Virus record (IMG/VR): IMGVR_UViG_3300042535_000037
Location: 100,031-164,030 of that record
Direction: 5' to 3' (one strand)
Source: a virus
Lineage: Duplodnaviria; Heunggongvirae; Uroviricota; Caudoviricetes
Length of the DNA: 64,000 nucleotides
In this document: in pieces, positions 17,447 to 27,717 of the stretch
Numbering within the stretch: the first letter of the stretch is position 1
Layout: every line of letters begins with the position of its first letter
Translations under genes and position numbers: made by a program
The notes under the pieces: model-generated
Databases searched by the model: none
What the model was told of the DNA's origin: nothing
The model's input: the letters and a program-made list of their open reading frames with translations, nothing else

Positions 17447-17791
17447 ATGAAAGAATTCAAAAAGATAAGTGAAACTGACTACGTTTCCACTGAGGAACGA
17501 TTTGCAAAACTGTATACAGATAGTTTGCTCACAAGCTCTAAAATGTATCACGGTAAAGCCAAAATATCCCTTTTACATGAAAAGAGCAAAAGTGGTAACT
17601 ATAGAAATTACTACATCGCCCTCTCAATTAATGATGTTACAAAGATGGTATTCGTTGGAAACAACGGTGCTAATGGCAAGAAACTTCTTGGACAGTACCT
17701 ACGTAGATGTGAAAGAGCAGGCATTGTAGACCCAAGAGAATACTTCAATGAACCATCATTCATAGTTTCAAGCATGACAGGTGGAAAATGA
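17447..17791 (+). CDS. paralog family member (start corrected)
   Basis: MKEFKKISETDYVS..GIVDPREYFNE. Confidence 0.75.
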   Translation: MKEFKKISETDYVSTEERFAKLYTDSLLTSSKMYHGKAKISLLHEKSKSGNYRNYYIALSINDVTKMVFVGNNGANGKKLLGQYLRRCERAGIVDPREYFNEPSFIVSSMTGGK

Positions 17792-18123
17792 CAAGTTTCA
17801 AAAAAATCAAAGAAGGAGAATACATCTCCACTCATCCCGCAAGTGTTCGCTTCTATAACGGAATTTCCTTCAAAGAATATCAAGACTACCAAGGAATAGT
17901 CAAAATATTCATTGAAAAAGATGAATACAATGATAAAAACATATATAGTGTCAACGTATCAGTAATAAATGGAAAATCCAATCCATCAAGAGGAACAATA
18001 GTCTCGAACACAAAAGCAAAAGCCATCAAAGAGCTCTCTAGGTATATAAAATACTCAAAAACAGGGTATATAGTAGACCCTAGATACTTCTTCAACGAAG
18101 GTCTTTATGCTTTAGTTAACTAA
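17788..18123 (+). CDS. paralog family member
   Basis: MTSFKKIKEGEYIS..IFIEK..TKAKA..VDPRYFFNE; ATGA overlap. Confidence 0.75.
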   Translation: MTSFKKIKEGEYISTHPASVRFYNGISFKEYQDYQGIVKIFIEKDEYNDKNIYSVNVSVINGKSNPSRGTIVSNTKAKAIKELSRYIKYSKTGYIVDPRYFFNEGLYALVN

Positions 18124-18163
18124 AAAGCAAATCTTTATATACAAAGACGTTGTATTAAGTATT

Positions 18164-18310
18164 GTTCCCATAGGGAGCACATATAAACACACAAACAAAC
18201 GCTTGAAGAAGCAAACACAGAGATATGCAGAGATAATGGCTCCACACACAGGGAGCCATCCCTATCATACAAAGGAAAGTGGTTTTGCTTGTTTTCCCAC
18301 TTTCCCCTTC
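18164..18310 (+). ncRNA. multi-hairpin small RNA with A/C-rich linkers
   Basis: Starts 23 nt after TTTATATA; GTTCCC/GGGAGC, ATGGCTCC/GGAGCCAT, GGAAAGTGG/CCACTTTCC; pyrimidine tail. Confidence 0.6.
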
Positions 18311-18478
18311 TCTCCGTACCTTTTTATACTTAAAGCCCTTCATTAGCTTATGGGATTCACTTCATATATACACCATATAGCTAAAACTACTGCCAATAAT
18401 TTCTCAGCAAAAAAGCAAAAGAAGAAAAACAATTTTGTTAAGCGAAAAAGATAAATACTTAACACCCTATTCTACATT

Positions 18479-18748
18479 ATGAAACTTTCCATACATAATG
18501 TACTTCTACTTTTACTTGGAAGTGCCATAGTAGCACTTTCCTTCGATATTTTGGGTTACATATCCTTCATATTTACAATTTTACTATTCCCTAACTCAAA
18601 TGCTGCAAATACAATTCTTACCTTCACCCCATTCCAGCAGTCATCTACAGCATTTATAATAGGAACCCTCATCACAATCATACTTATATCACTAATATCC
18701 ATATTTGCATTCCTAAAAGTTCGTCAATCCATAAAAAACGAGGTATAA
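18479..18748 (+). CDS. membrane protein
   Basis: Two or three hydrophobic segments. Confidence 0.65.
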   Translation: MKLSIHNVLLLLLGSAIVALSFDILGYISFIFTILLFPNSNAANTILTFTPFQQSSTAFIIGTLITIILISLISIFAFLKVRQSIKNEV

Positions 18749-18749
18749 A

Positions 18750-19349
18750 ATGTCCACAGAATTCATTCGCAACTACATCCAAGACCTTCAACCACAAGAA
18801 TGCTATGTTCTTTCCATAATTTCCCGCAAAAAGAACAACGAAGGCATGACCGACTCCCAACAAATAATGAAGCGTAGACTCATATTCTCTCCATCTGACA
18901 TAGAAAAAGCCTACACCGAACTCAAAGCAGATGCATCTCAATACAACTTCTCCTTCAACATGTACATTTCATCCAACCCTCGCTCAATCCGCAAAGCCCT
19001 AAATCGCTACATCAAAACCCTCATTGACATAACAGAACAACTCCTGACAGATTCAAACGCTATAAGACGCATCTCCAAGCTTTCAGGTGAATGGTACTCC
19101 TGCTTAGAATCCCCGTCTTCCCGCTCTTCCCACACAAAGAAGTTCCTCATAGACCTCGATAACAAAGAAGAATTCTACAACCTAATAGACCTTCTAACAA
19201 ACTCAGGTATCACCATCCTCACTATCCGCGAAACAACCAACGGCTACCACTTCATAACCGTACCATTCGATTTCGGAAAAATCCTAACCTACCCAAAAGA
19301 AGTAGCAGCCTGTAAACCAGATGCCCTCTTATTCATAGAGTCATTATGA
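18750..19349 (+). CDS. possible archaeo-eukaryotic primase (AEP) superfamily protein
   Basis: KKFLIDLD (hhhDhD) and ETTNGYHFI (sxxGxH) resemble AEP motifs I and II. Confidence 0.5.
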   Translation: MSTEFIRNYIQDLQPQECYVLSIISRKKNNEGMTDSQQIMKRRLIFSPSDIEKAYTELKADASQYNFSFNMYISSNPRSIRKALNRYIKTLIDITEQLLTDSNAIRRISKLSGEWYSCLESPSSRSSHTKKFLIDLDNKEEFYNLIDLLTNSGITILTIRETTNGYHFITVPFDFGKILTYPKEVAACKPDALLFIESL

Positions 19350-19476
19350 AAATAGACTACACATACACCCTCATGACAATAATTTCTCTATTGACTTGGA
19401 TTATCCTATTTTTCGGATATCTAAGTTTTAATTAAATTTATATACAAAGCCAACTATTACTTATCTGGTGATTCAA

Positions 19477-19674
19477 ATGGCAAAAAGCATAAACATGATA
19501 GTAGAATTCAGAGAACCCACTTACGAAGAACTCTGCAATACGCGCTCTTCAGTAACAGGAGAACCCTTAATTAATCCATTTTGGGATGTAATAGATGCAA
19601 TGGCTACTGTTTTATTTATAATTTTGCTATCATTAGTAATAGCAGGAATGACTTATTCCTTAATGGTAAATTAA
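19477..19674 (+). CDS. small protein with C-terminal TM helix
   Basis: GGTGAT SD; hydrophobic C-terminus. Confidence 0.6.
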   Translation: MAKSINMIVEFREPTYEELCNTRSSVTGEPLINPFWDVIDAMATVLFIILLSLVIAGMTYSLMVN

Positions 19675-19710
19675 CATAACCTTTTTATACATAAACCACC
19701 ATTTACAATC

Positions 19711-20079
19711 ATGAGTAAATCATTTTTTGACAACTCAAATGCTATACCAAGACGTGATAACATGGAAATTAAATCCGATGAAGAACTAGGCATCAATTAC
19801 ATTGAAGAAATCAAAGACGGTGTTCGCTTTTCTACCCATCCTCACAAAGCAATACCAATCGCTACTCACATCGCTCGTAGTGCATCAGGTAAATCAAAAC
19901 TCCTGTACAAAACCCTCAAGGGAAATTACTTCACCTTGGATTATCATGGCAACTACACCAATGTATCCTTCACTCCAATCCCTAAACCAAGAGCAAAGGA
20001 ACTCTGGAAAGAGCTCACAGAGCATGTTGTCACCTATCTCATAGCATTTGATGAAGAAGAACAGGTGGAAGATTATTGA
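19711..20079 (+). CDS. conserved phage-type hypothetical protein
   Basis: LYKTLKGNYF..PIPKPRAKELW..AFDEEEQVE pattern. Confidence 0.65.
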   Translation: MSKSFFDNSNAIPRRDNMEIKSDEELGINYIEEIKDGVRFSTHPHKAIPIATHIARSASGKSKLLYKTLKGNYFTLDYHGNYTNVSFTPIPKPRAKELWKELTEHVVTYLIAFDEEEQVEDY

Positions 20080-20429
20080 AAACCCAACGTAAAGACAAAG
20101 AGCTCTGCATCAAAGAGCTCAATGCCAAAAAACTTTCATCTATCCTTGATTCATTACCAATAGACATAGTTTATCAAGGATATGGAACCTACGATATATA
20201 CCCACCATCTAAAAGTAATCTCCCAAAGTTCATCCGTCATTGTTTCGAGAAACCTTTGGAATTAGACACAAATATCAGCATGATAAAAGTGTATAGTCCT
20301 GCTCAACTTGAATTTTTCAACGCAAGTCTTAAACCACATATACAAGACTATATTTCAATTCTAAAAATAAAGTTTTGTGACTACACTTCCGAAGAACTCA
20401 AAAATACATCAAATAACCACAGTCCTTAA
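20076..20429 (+). CDS. hypothetical protein
   Basis: TTGA overlap with previous gene. Confidence 0.55.
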   Translation: MKTQRKDKELCIKELNAKKLSSILDSLPIDIVYQGYGTYDIYPPSKSNLPKFIRHCFEKPLELDTNISMIKVYSPAQLEFFNASLKPHIQDYISILKIKFCDYTSEELKNTSNNHSP

Positions 20430-20454
20430 ATACTTATTTCTCCTTTTTTCTTAT

Positions 20455-20922
20455 ATGAGAAGAATTATATTCCTCTTGATGTTATTCCTCGTACCGCTCG
20501 CATCAGCCGCAAACTCCACAACAGTTTTTACAGGCAACGATGGAGCCGTAGGAATGAATGACCTCGTTAATTTCATGCAAGAAGACCGTACAAACAAAAT
20601 GACTTTCATTGACTCTTCCCAAGCTTGCCAGCAGTTCGCAAAATCCGCTTCAGAAGCAGGGCTTGAAGTTGGAATGGTCCGTTTCTACAATCATCATACT
20701 CATCGCGCACAATACTTTAATTACATCATCATTGCTCACAAAGCAATATATGTAGACCCACAGCTTGACAACGTTCTCATGTATTCAAACTGCGTTAACT
20801 ATGACCCTAATCATCCTCTAAACCGCACAATTTACTTTTGTGCATACCCTAACCTATCAACTTCAGGCTATGGCGATGGTTCCCCTAAACTTGAAACAAT
20901 CAAAGTAAAGGAAATCAGATGA
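20455..20922 (+). CDS. secreted transglutaminase/papain-like fold protein (catalytic His apparently lost)
   Basis: Signal peptide MRRIIFLLMLFLVPLASA; FMQEDRTN..ACQQFA..AGLEVG.V..IYVDPQ.D parallels 50440. Confidence 0.6.
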   Translation: MRRIIFLLMLFLVPLASAANSTTVFTGNDGAVGMNDLVNFMQEDRTNKMTFIDSSQACQQFAKSASEAGLEVGMVRFYNHHTHRAQYFNYIIIAHKAIYVDPQLDNVLMYSNCVNYDPNHPLNRTIYFCAYPNLSTSGYGDGSPKLETIKVKEIR

Positions 20923-21105
20923 CCTTAAAAGGAATGGGAATAGGAACAGTCATCACTTTTGTAGGCTTACTTATTCCATCTTTTTTCGCACAAACAGAAT
21001 TCAATGTAGGCGTTTCACTATTATTAATATTTTTCGGAGTTGTCTTTTGGTTCCTTAACTTTGAATAACCAATACCTTTTTATCAATCAAATTCCATTAC
21101 TCTTC

Positions 21106-21651
21106 ATGGAACCATCTATTTCCCAAATTAAATTGCCTGACCCACAGACACTTAAAGAAATCATTCTCGAAGAGTACAAAAAGAATCCAACAGGAGAATC
21201 TTACCCTCAAATGCTTCCTGTAGAGATTTGGTCACAAGAGTACACTTTCAAGGGATATCCATATAAATTATCCTTAATTAGTGAATTCCAAATCTACTTC
21301 GACATTTTCAATGAAATGAATGCCTCTATTGCAGTAACTTTCGCTGGCGGAAGACCATTATCCCGTTCACGTATTAAAGTTGAAGTTTCAGGCAAGACCC
21401 TTGAAATCGCAAAACTAGTCAGCGATGCCACACACAACAAGATACCAACAAAATTACTCACAAACTTCCAATCTAAGTCATATACTTTATCTGATATGAT
21501 AGCAGAAGCAAAAACTCAAGCCACAAACATGATAATAGGAGTTATGGAATCCATAGAAAACCTCTCTGACCAATACGATGAAACCAGCTACGACCTCACC
21601 AGAATGAAAAGCAATATGGACAAAATAAGAGAGATAGAATGCCAAAACTAA
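21106..21651 (+). CDS. hypothetical protein (start corrected)
   Basis: T-rich TATA-like box upstream of ATG 21106. Confidence 0.7.
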   Translation: MEPSISQIKLPDPQTLKEIILEEYKKNPTGESYPQMLPVEIWSQEYTFKGYPYKLSLISEFQIYFDIFNEMNASIAVTFAGGRPLSRSRIKVEVSGKTLEIAKLVSDATHNKIPTKLLTNFQSKSYTLSDMIAEAKTQATNMIIGVMESIENLSDQYDETSYDLTRMKSNMDKIREIECQN

Positions 21652-21854
21652 AACTCATTCAAAAAGACTTTGCCTACTTCACAATCCAATTCGATGAAGA
21701 TGACGAGTCCGAAAACAAGAAACGCTTCTACTTCTGTGAATCCGAAAAAACATACATCCCTAAAGAGTTCGGTATAACAGGAAAGTGTTCTTGTGGTGGT
21801 AAAATTCGTCACGATGAATTTACATCACACGAATTGAAAGAAGCCATTAGATAA
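21639..21854 (+). CDS. small Cys-containing protein
   Basis: FC...KCSCGG. Confidence 0.55.
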   Translation: MPKLKLIQKDFAYFTIQFDEDDESENKKRFYFCESEKTYIPKEFGITGKCSCGGKIRHDEFTSHELKEAIR

Positions 21855-21886
21855 CACTTATATACTCCGCGACTGCATACTCCTAT

Positions 21887-23614
21887 ATGCAGTTAAAACT
21901 ATTTTTTCTAACAATATTATTCACAATAGGAATGTGTGGAGCAGTAGCAAATGACAATGTTCCAATATGGACAAACTTAAACATTTCTGATACTACACAA
22001 ATGGCAATAATAGATGATTATTTGTTCGTCATGAACAACGACAACATGATATATAAACTATCATCATATTCAGGTACAGTAGTAGACTCTACATCATACT
22101 TTGATGGAGCAACAGACTATGTTTTTGAATCAAACCTAGCTATTTCTCCCGACCAATCAACCCTCTATGTCTCAGATGACATGGATGTATATGCATTCAA
22201 CACATCCGACCTCGAAATAAAATGGACAAGTACTTCTTATTCAGCAGCTCAAAACGGCTTACTTGTAGATGCTGAAGGATACATATACTTCGTTGACTAT
22301 GGCTCAAAAGCCATTGTAAAATTAGACCCAGATACAGGCTCCGTAGAAGACTCTCTCATTTTCGTTGAAACCCCTCAAGGCTACCCTGCAATTTCCCCAG
22401 ATGGAGACTTAATTGCAATGCAGTTTAATGATGGCAACTTCATAAAATCAAAGATGATTTACACCAACAACCTAACAATAGCAGTAAATGGCTCAAGTAA
22501 CTTAGGTTCCCCATCCGACATTAAATGTACAAACACCTTCATAACACCAACAACCGCTATTGTTTATAGTGCAGACACCATCTACAAGTTCACATCTGCT
22601 GGAACAGTCACAGCAATTGCAGACGAAAACATCTACAATGAAGCTGAAACAAACGATTATTCAGGTGCAGTAATTGATGGAGATAACAATCTATATACAG
22701 TCTCCACATACAACTCTACAGGTTTCATAGTCAATGCCTACTCTCATAGCGAAGGAGTATACACTTTTGATTGGGCTTCTAACCAGATAGACCTCATAGA
22801 TGACTACCTAGTCTTCTCATACGGTGAACCCCTTGCTTCTGTAGACAACATGATTTACATCAATGCCATAGCAGGAAATGAAGGTACAGGAGACACTATA
22901 GCTGCACATATTTGTGTAGATGGTACAGATGGTAGTGTAGAATGGATTAATACTGACCTAACAGCAAAATCAATAGACTACGACACAATTCAACAGGCAA
23001 TGTTCGGGTCAGCCCTCGGTATAAACATGGTTTACATGGCTACTACAGACGGAATATACGCATATGACACTTCATATCAACCTACTCACAAACCAGATGA
23101 TGTATTCAGCGAAATAACATTCTATACCTCAAACACTAGAACATCTGCTTATCAGCAATCTGGAAATAGTGCTCCTACAGTAGACGATGATGAACCAGTT
23201 CTCTTAGGCGGTGGCGGTGGTGGCTCAGGTGGTAGTTCATCAAAGAAAGTAACTACAACAGAAGAAGATGACTCAAATGTTACCTCTGTGAGTTCAAACA
23301 ACCACATCTCAAACTCTTCAATTATATTAGAAGAGATGCCAACTACAACATTAATGCTTGTACTCAGTGCCTATCTTGGAGTTTATACAATTTCAAGAAA
23401 TCGCAAAGAGAAAGACCTAAACTCAACAATAATGTATGGTTCCCTAATTACAGCAATTGGTTTAATAATAATGTATATAGGCTACAACCCATACATACTC
23501 AACTGGTTATTCTCCACTGAATCAATAATTGTAGCAATAATAACATTCTACATTTACGGCTTAATTGTTGGCTCTGCTTTCATAAACAAAAACATAAAAA
23601 GAAGGGTAAGGTAA
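21887..23614 (+). CDS. secreted beta-propeller (PQQ-like) surface protein with C-terminal membrane anchor
   Basis: Signal peptide; repeats LY..D...VYA.N...G.V.W; GGGGGGSGGSSS linker; about three C-terminal TM segments plus basic tail. Confidence 0.8.
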   Translation: MQLKLFFLTILFTIGMCGAVANDNVPIWTNLNISDTTQMAIIDDYLFVMNNDNMIYKLSSYSGTVVDSTSYFDGATDYVFESNLAISPDQSTLYVSDDMDVYAFNTSDLEIKWTSTSYSAAQNGLLVDAEGYIYFVDYGSKAIVKLDPDTGSVEDSLIFVETPQGYPAISPDGDLIAMQFNDGNFIKSKMIYTNNLTIAVNGSSNLGSPSDIKCTNTFITPTTAIVYSADTIYKFTSAGTVTAIADENIYNEAETNDYSGAVIDGDNNLYTVSTYNSTGFIVNAYSHSEGVYTFDWASNQIDLIDDYLVFSYGEPLASVDNMIYINAIAGNEGTGDTIAAHICVDGTDGSVEWINTDLTAKSIDYDTIQQAMFGSALGINMVYMATTDGIYAYDTSYQPTHKPDDVFSEITFYTSNTRTSAYQQSGNSAPTVDDDEPVLLGGGGGGSGGSSSKKVTTTEEDDSNVTSVSSNNHISNSSIILEEMPTTTLMLVLSAYLGVYTISRNRKEKDLNSTIMYGSLITAIGLIIMYIGYNPYILNWLFSTESIIVAIITFYIYGLIVGSAFINKNIKRRVR

Positions 23615-23654
23615 CTACCCTAACCTTTTTATACTATTTAACCAACATATCAGC

Positions 23655-25514
23655 ATGAAGAAGTATCTGCTGATATTATTACTTTTTATATCTCTTGCTC
23701 AAGCAGCACCAGATGACAACACCGAAGAATGGCTTATCGATGGCATCCAACCTAACCATATCATCTCACTTGAAGATGGAACCTTACTTGCATACGATGT
23801 TCATGATGGTATCATCTATCGTATAGATGCTTCCACAGGCAATTATACTCAAAATGACATCTTCTCAGGAGAAGGTTACAACCTTTCAACTTACCAAGAA
23901 GATTTTGATGCAATGAACACCCTCTATGCTTCAAACATGGTTCTCACAGCAGACCAATCCAAAGTCATCATCAATTGTCGTCAAAACACCTTCGCCTTCA
24001 ACACCGAAACCCTAGAAGAAGAATGGTGCATACTTTCATGTAATTTAGAAACTTATTATCCGTATTCCGACAATGCTTATATTTCTCGTTTATTAATAGA
24101 TGAAGATGATAATATCTATTACATTTTAGATTATAAAATTGTAAAAATAGATACATCTTCTATTTCATCCACTCCTTCTGAATGGTCAACATTTAATGGA
24201 TATCAATATTTTACTACTGATGAACTTGGTATTTTTACTTACCCAATTCTCATTCCAGAGGAAGACAAACTCATAGTTCTAGTTGAATCAGACTCATATC
24301 CACCATCTGAAGTCGAAGAAAATACACAATCCCAAATAGTAACTATAGATACTTCTGATATGTCCACCATCTCAACTATTCCTGTATATATGGAAATGAC
24401 TGAAGACTTCGTTCCATCTGAAGTAGGAATGCCCGACCTCACTCAAGAAATTTGGGATAGAGACATATGGATTGAAATGTATACAAATAATATGTATACT
24501 CCTACAATGCAGCTTGTGGAAATAAATGACTCGTTCTATATTTCAGGAGTATATGATGCAGTTTATGGGTATTCAGATAATGGAACATATAATTACCTTC
24601 CATATAACAAAGTAGTAGCCACAAAAATCAATTCATCTGGCATATTAACTCCAATTCTCTACACTGAAGACCTATCAGACGGAACTTCAGATGGATATGC
24701 ATACAACAGAGGCGAAATAACAGTTAACTCATCAAATGCCATGATAATCCCTCTAAATGGTCATGCAAGTTTTGGTTCAGGCGACTCCTACACATCTCAA
24801 CCATCAATCTTAATTTACGTCAATGATGAATTAAAACACGAAGTAGATATTGCTTCTTATTTTGCTTCAGAATTTTCAGTCACAGATACTTCATTCTTAC
24901 TTGTGGGTGCGCCACTCATCGACACAAATGATTACGGCTACGTTTATACAATAGATATAAATGACGAGGATATGGAACTTGATACAAACGGTGTTCTATC
25001 CGGTCTTCTTTGCTTCGATACACGTACTGGTGAAGTAATTTGGTTTGCTTCAACCATAGAACCAAACAGCATGTTCACAATAACAGGCTCCGAGTCACCA
25101 GAAACCTTTCAGAACTCAATTCCATCAGGCTCCCATTCTTTCATCATGGAAGATGGAGCAATCATCATGTGTACCACTGAAGGTATCTACAAGTTTGACA
25201 TCTCAGGAAATCCTCTCCTAGATGTTTCTGAAGCCAACTCAGGTGAATACCCTGTTACTCCCATCCTTTACCAGTATTCTTCATCCCCTACAACCAACAT
25301 TGTTGAAGAAGTAATTCGTACTGTAACTGGCTCAGGTGGTTCTTCCCACGCTATAAAAACAGCAACAGTGACCGACACAGAAGTAACAGACTCAATTCAA
25401 GCAGTAACTTATGATTATTCTTGGATTGTATACTTCATTTTAGGCTTTTTCATATATCTAGCCTACAATAAATTTAAGCCACAAAAACCTAAAAGAAAGT
25501 ACCAAAAACGCTAA
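23655..25514 (+). CDS. secreted acidic beta-propeller surface protein with TM helix and basic tail
   Basis: Signal peptide; CFDTRTGEVIW; GSGGSS linker; WIVYFILGFFIYLAY followed by KPQKPKRKYQKR. Confidence 0.8.
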   Translation: MKKYLLILLLFISLAQAAPDDNTEEWLIDGIQPNHIISLEDGTLLAYDVHDGIIYRIDASTGNYTQNDIFSGEGYNLSTYQEDFDAMNTLYASNMVLTADQSKVIINCRQNTFAFNTETLEEEWCILSCNLETYYPYSDNAYISRLLIDEDDNIYYILDYKIVKIDTSSISSTPSEWSTFNGYQYFTTDELGIFTYPILIPEEDKLIVLVESDSYPPSEVEENTQSQIVTIDTSDMSTISTIPVYMEMTEDFVPSEVGMPDLTQEIWDRDIWIEMYTNNMYTPTMQLVEINDSFYISGVYDAVYGYSDNGTYNYLPYNKVVATKINSSGILTPILYTEDLSDGTSDGYAYNRGEITVNSSNAMIIPLNGHASFGSGDSYTSQPSILIYVNDELKHEVDIASYFASEFSVTDTSFLLVGAPLIDTNDYGYVYTIDINDEDMELDTNGVLSGLLCFDTRTGEVIWFASTIEPNSMFTITGSESPETFQNSIPSGSHSFIMEDGAIIMCTTEGIYKFDISGNPLLDVSEANSGEYPVTPILYQYSSSPTTNIVEEVIRTVTGSGGSSHAIKTATVTDTEVTDSIQAVTYDYSWIVYFILGFFIYLAYNKFKPQKPKRKYQKR

Positions 25515-25538
25515 ATACTTTCTTTCCTTTTTTCTTTC

Positions 25539-25847
25539 ATGAACCTCTCTGAATTCATCTCTAAATACGATAATTCCCCTAAAGGTGGAAAAATCTTCAT
25601 CAGCAGCGCGGAACCCGATAAATACTTCTATCCAAAACTCATTCACGAATACCTCACTTTCCCCATTCTATCTCCATACGAGGTCCGTAGCGAGCTCGGA
25701 GTGCGTGAGAGAAGGCTCACACGCTTCGCAATGATACAATACCGTACTTTCCCAACTTTAGTCAATGAACTCGCCTCTATCCTCATTAAAAACCGTTCTC
25801 CCAAACGTCAAGAGCTTGTTCTAGACAGACTTGACTACATAAAGTGA
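25539..25847 (+). CDS. hypothetical protein
   Basis: TAAATA plus pyrimidine tract, leaderless. Confidence 0.65.
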   Translation: MNLSEFISKYDNSPKGGKIFISSAEPDKYFYPKLIHEYLTFPILSPYEVRSELGVRERRLTRFAMIQYRTFPTLVNELASILIKNRSPKRQELVLDRLDYIK

Positions 25848-25884
25848 CCAAATCACTTTTATACATACAAAACGATTAATCATC

Positions 25885-26127
25885 ATGAAACTCAAATTAA
25901 GCATCTTTGTCATCTTGGCAATTCTTGTTAGTGGCTACTACTTAGCTACCCAAGAAAAACAAGTGACAATAGACAACAATACAGTTTCACTCAACTCTAC
26001 TCAAAATTCAGACACAGAAATTTCAAGAGACATCACATACATTCTCTCAGCATGTGTATTAGCACTAATACTTCTGCTTCTGTATAATTCAAAAAAGAAG
26101 AAGCAGTTGCCTGAGATAGAGTGGTAA
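25885..26127 (+). CDS. small 2-TM membrane protein
   Basis: Hydrophobic N- and C-terminal segments; basic tail. Confidence 0.7.
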   Translation: MKLKLSIFVILAILVSGYYLATQEKQVTIDNNTVSLNSTQNSDTEISRDITYILSACVLALILLLLYNSKKKKQLPEIEW

Positions 26128-26441
26128 GACTTATATAACATGTCTTCTAATTAGGAGTTACAATGAGCAGAAAGAAGAAGGGGATAAAATTCACAACGTT
26201 CCTAGCCGGAACATTTTTTGTACTATTCATATTTACTTTAGAGAAACTCTTTCTCATCCCTACCCTAGCAATTCTCTTCATGGAAGCATCTAAGGTTAAA
26301 AGATAACCTTATATACATTCTTTTCCAACTTCTTTCATGCAACCAGAGTCATCAATTTCCCTAGTTTTCTTATTCCTGATATATTATTGGGTCAATATTA
26401 ATAAGAAAACCCTTAAATAACATGAGGTTTATCTAGAATTC

Positions 26442-26651
26442 ATGATTCAACATGTTTTGAATGCCAAGGTGCTTGTCAAGGATACTGTTGAAGTTGGAGA
26501 AAAAATTCTCTACAACAACATGCTTGCAATTGTCATAGGCATAAAGAATGGATTTATTTTACTTGAAGCAAACGGAAATAAGTTTAAAATCACGAAGCCT
26601 GACTTTTTCAATGTTATTGATGAAGTTCTTGGCGTTAAACTGACAGCATGA
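26442..26651 (+). CDS. small SH3/KOW-like protein
   Basis: VEVGEKILY..AIVIGI..ILLE beta-barrel pattern. Confidence 0.55.
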   Translation: MIQHVLNAKVLVKDTVEVGEKILYNNMLAIVIGIKNGFILLEANGNKFKITKPDFFNVIDEVLGVKLTA

Positions 26652-26660
26652 GATGATAAA

Positions 26661-27062
26661 ATGTGTGAAGTAAAATATCTTTTTGACTTGTCTGAAATCC
26701 GTTCAGAACAAGGTTCGGAAGCAATGATGTTAGCTTGGCAAAGCGCAAGCAAAAAAGACATCAGAATAATAGATTCAGTAACTCCCGACTCTTTCACCGT
26801 GAAAGAGAAGTATAGTCCTCTGATAACGTCACTAAAATATCTTTGTTGCGCAAATTGCCCTGATTCTAACCAAATGTCCTTCGATGATATAAAAATCATT
26901 CGAGACCTTCATGCTCCCAATCTTTCTAAAATTGCTCAATCCATTGAAAATGCAGTTCTAGACTACATTCAATGGGTGGATTTCGAAAAGCGTCAACACT
27001 CTACTAACATGAACTCTTTCCAAGAGATGCTCTTAACCACAATCCACATAGCAACAACTTAA
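26661..27062 (+). CDS. hypothetical protein
   Basis: ORF in operon. Confidence 0.65.
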   Translation: MCEVKYLFDLSEIRSEQGSEAMMLAWQSASKKDIRIIDSVTPDSFTVKEKYSPLITSLKYLCCANCPDSNQMSFDDIKIIRDLHAPNLSKIAQSIENAVLDYIQWVDFEKRQHSTNMNSFQEMLLTTIHIATT

Positions 27063-27088
27063 TAAGCCATAAACAACAATCTAGACTT

Positions 27089-27529
27089 ATGCCTTCTGAC
27101 CCAAAATACATTAACGAAATCATTCGGTCTACCAGAGGTGTTCCCACAGAAAATAACAAATATATTTACGATATAACAGAGGGAGACCTCAACTCCATTT
27201 CTTTAGACTTGGAGAATCAAAAGACACTTAATAGACGTGTTAAGCTTGCAGAAAAAGTACGCGATGACTACTCTAATCTTCTCAAGCTTCTTAACGACCT
27301 TCCCCTATGCAAGTCAATAACTTTCTTTGAAGACTCCCGTAAAAGAGTCATAGTTGACATAAACACAACAAGAGTGAACATTGCAATATCAAATGAATTC
27401 AATTTTGATACCAGTGACCACTTAGAGGAAATATCAAGAATATTTTCCAGAATAGTTGAAGAAAACACTCAAATATATGTATACAATCCTACATTTAAGG
27501 AAAAAATAAAAAGTTTTTTAACTACATGA
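27089..27529 (+). CDS. hypothetical protein
   Basis: ORF with upstream TATA-like box. Confidence 0.7.
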   Translation: MPSDPKYINEIIRSTRGVPTENNKYIYDITEGDLNSISLDLENQKTLNRRVKLAEKVRDDYSNLLKLLNDLPLCKSITFFEDSRKRVIVDINTTRVNIAISNEFNFDTSDHLEEISRIFSRIVEENTQIYVYNPTFKEKIKSFLTT

Positions 27530-27534
27530 GGTGT

Positions 27535-27681
27535 ATGATGTCTGACAATCTAAAAATCAAGTGCCGCAAGTGCTGGAAAGTCTTTATGGCAACTGTAGAC
27601 GAGTATCCAGCAACAAGAAGATGCCCTGAGTGCCTAACTGAGCACAAAATAAATTCAGAATTTGACTCTGTTGAACTCTGA
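27535..27681 (+). CDS. Zn-ribbon microprotein, 48 aa (not in ORF track)
   Basis: KCRKC...RCPEC; GAGGTG SD. Confidence 0.7.
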   Translation: MMSDNLKIKCRKCWKVFMATVDEYPATRRCPECLTEHKINSEFDSVEL

Positions 27682-27717
27682 GTTACCTTTTTATACCTTT
27701 AATCCTTTTTTCTTTTC

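Noticed and set aside
17155-17472. 105-aa ORF spanning the 17283 hairpins
   Set aside because: No start signal, and the promoter at 17253-17260 points to an RNA starting inside it.
18155-18343. 62-aa minus-strand ORF
   Set aside because: Low-complexity translation of the hairpin RNA region.
23208-23235. GGC/GGT run as a Borg-type tandem repeat
   Set aside because: Just a poly-Gly linker; no long perfect tandem arrays seen in the window.
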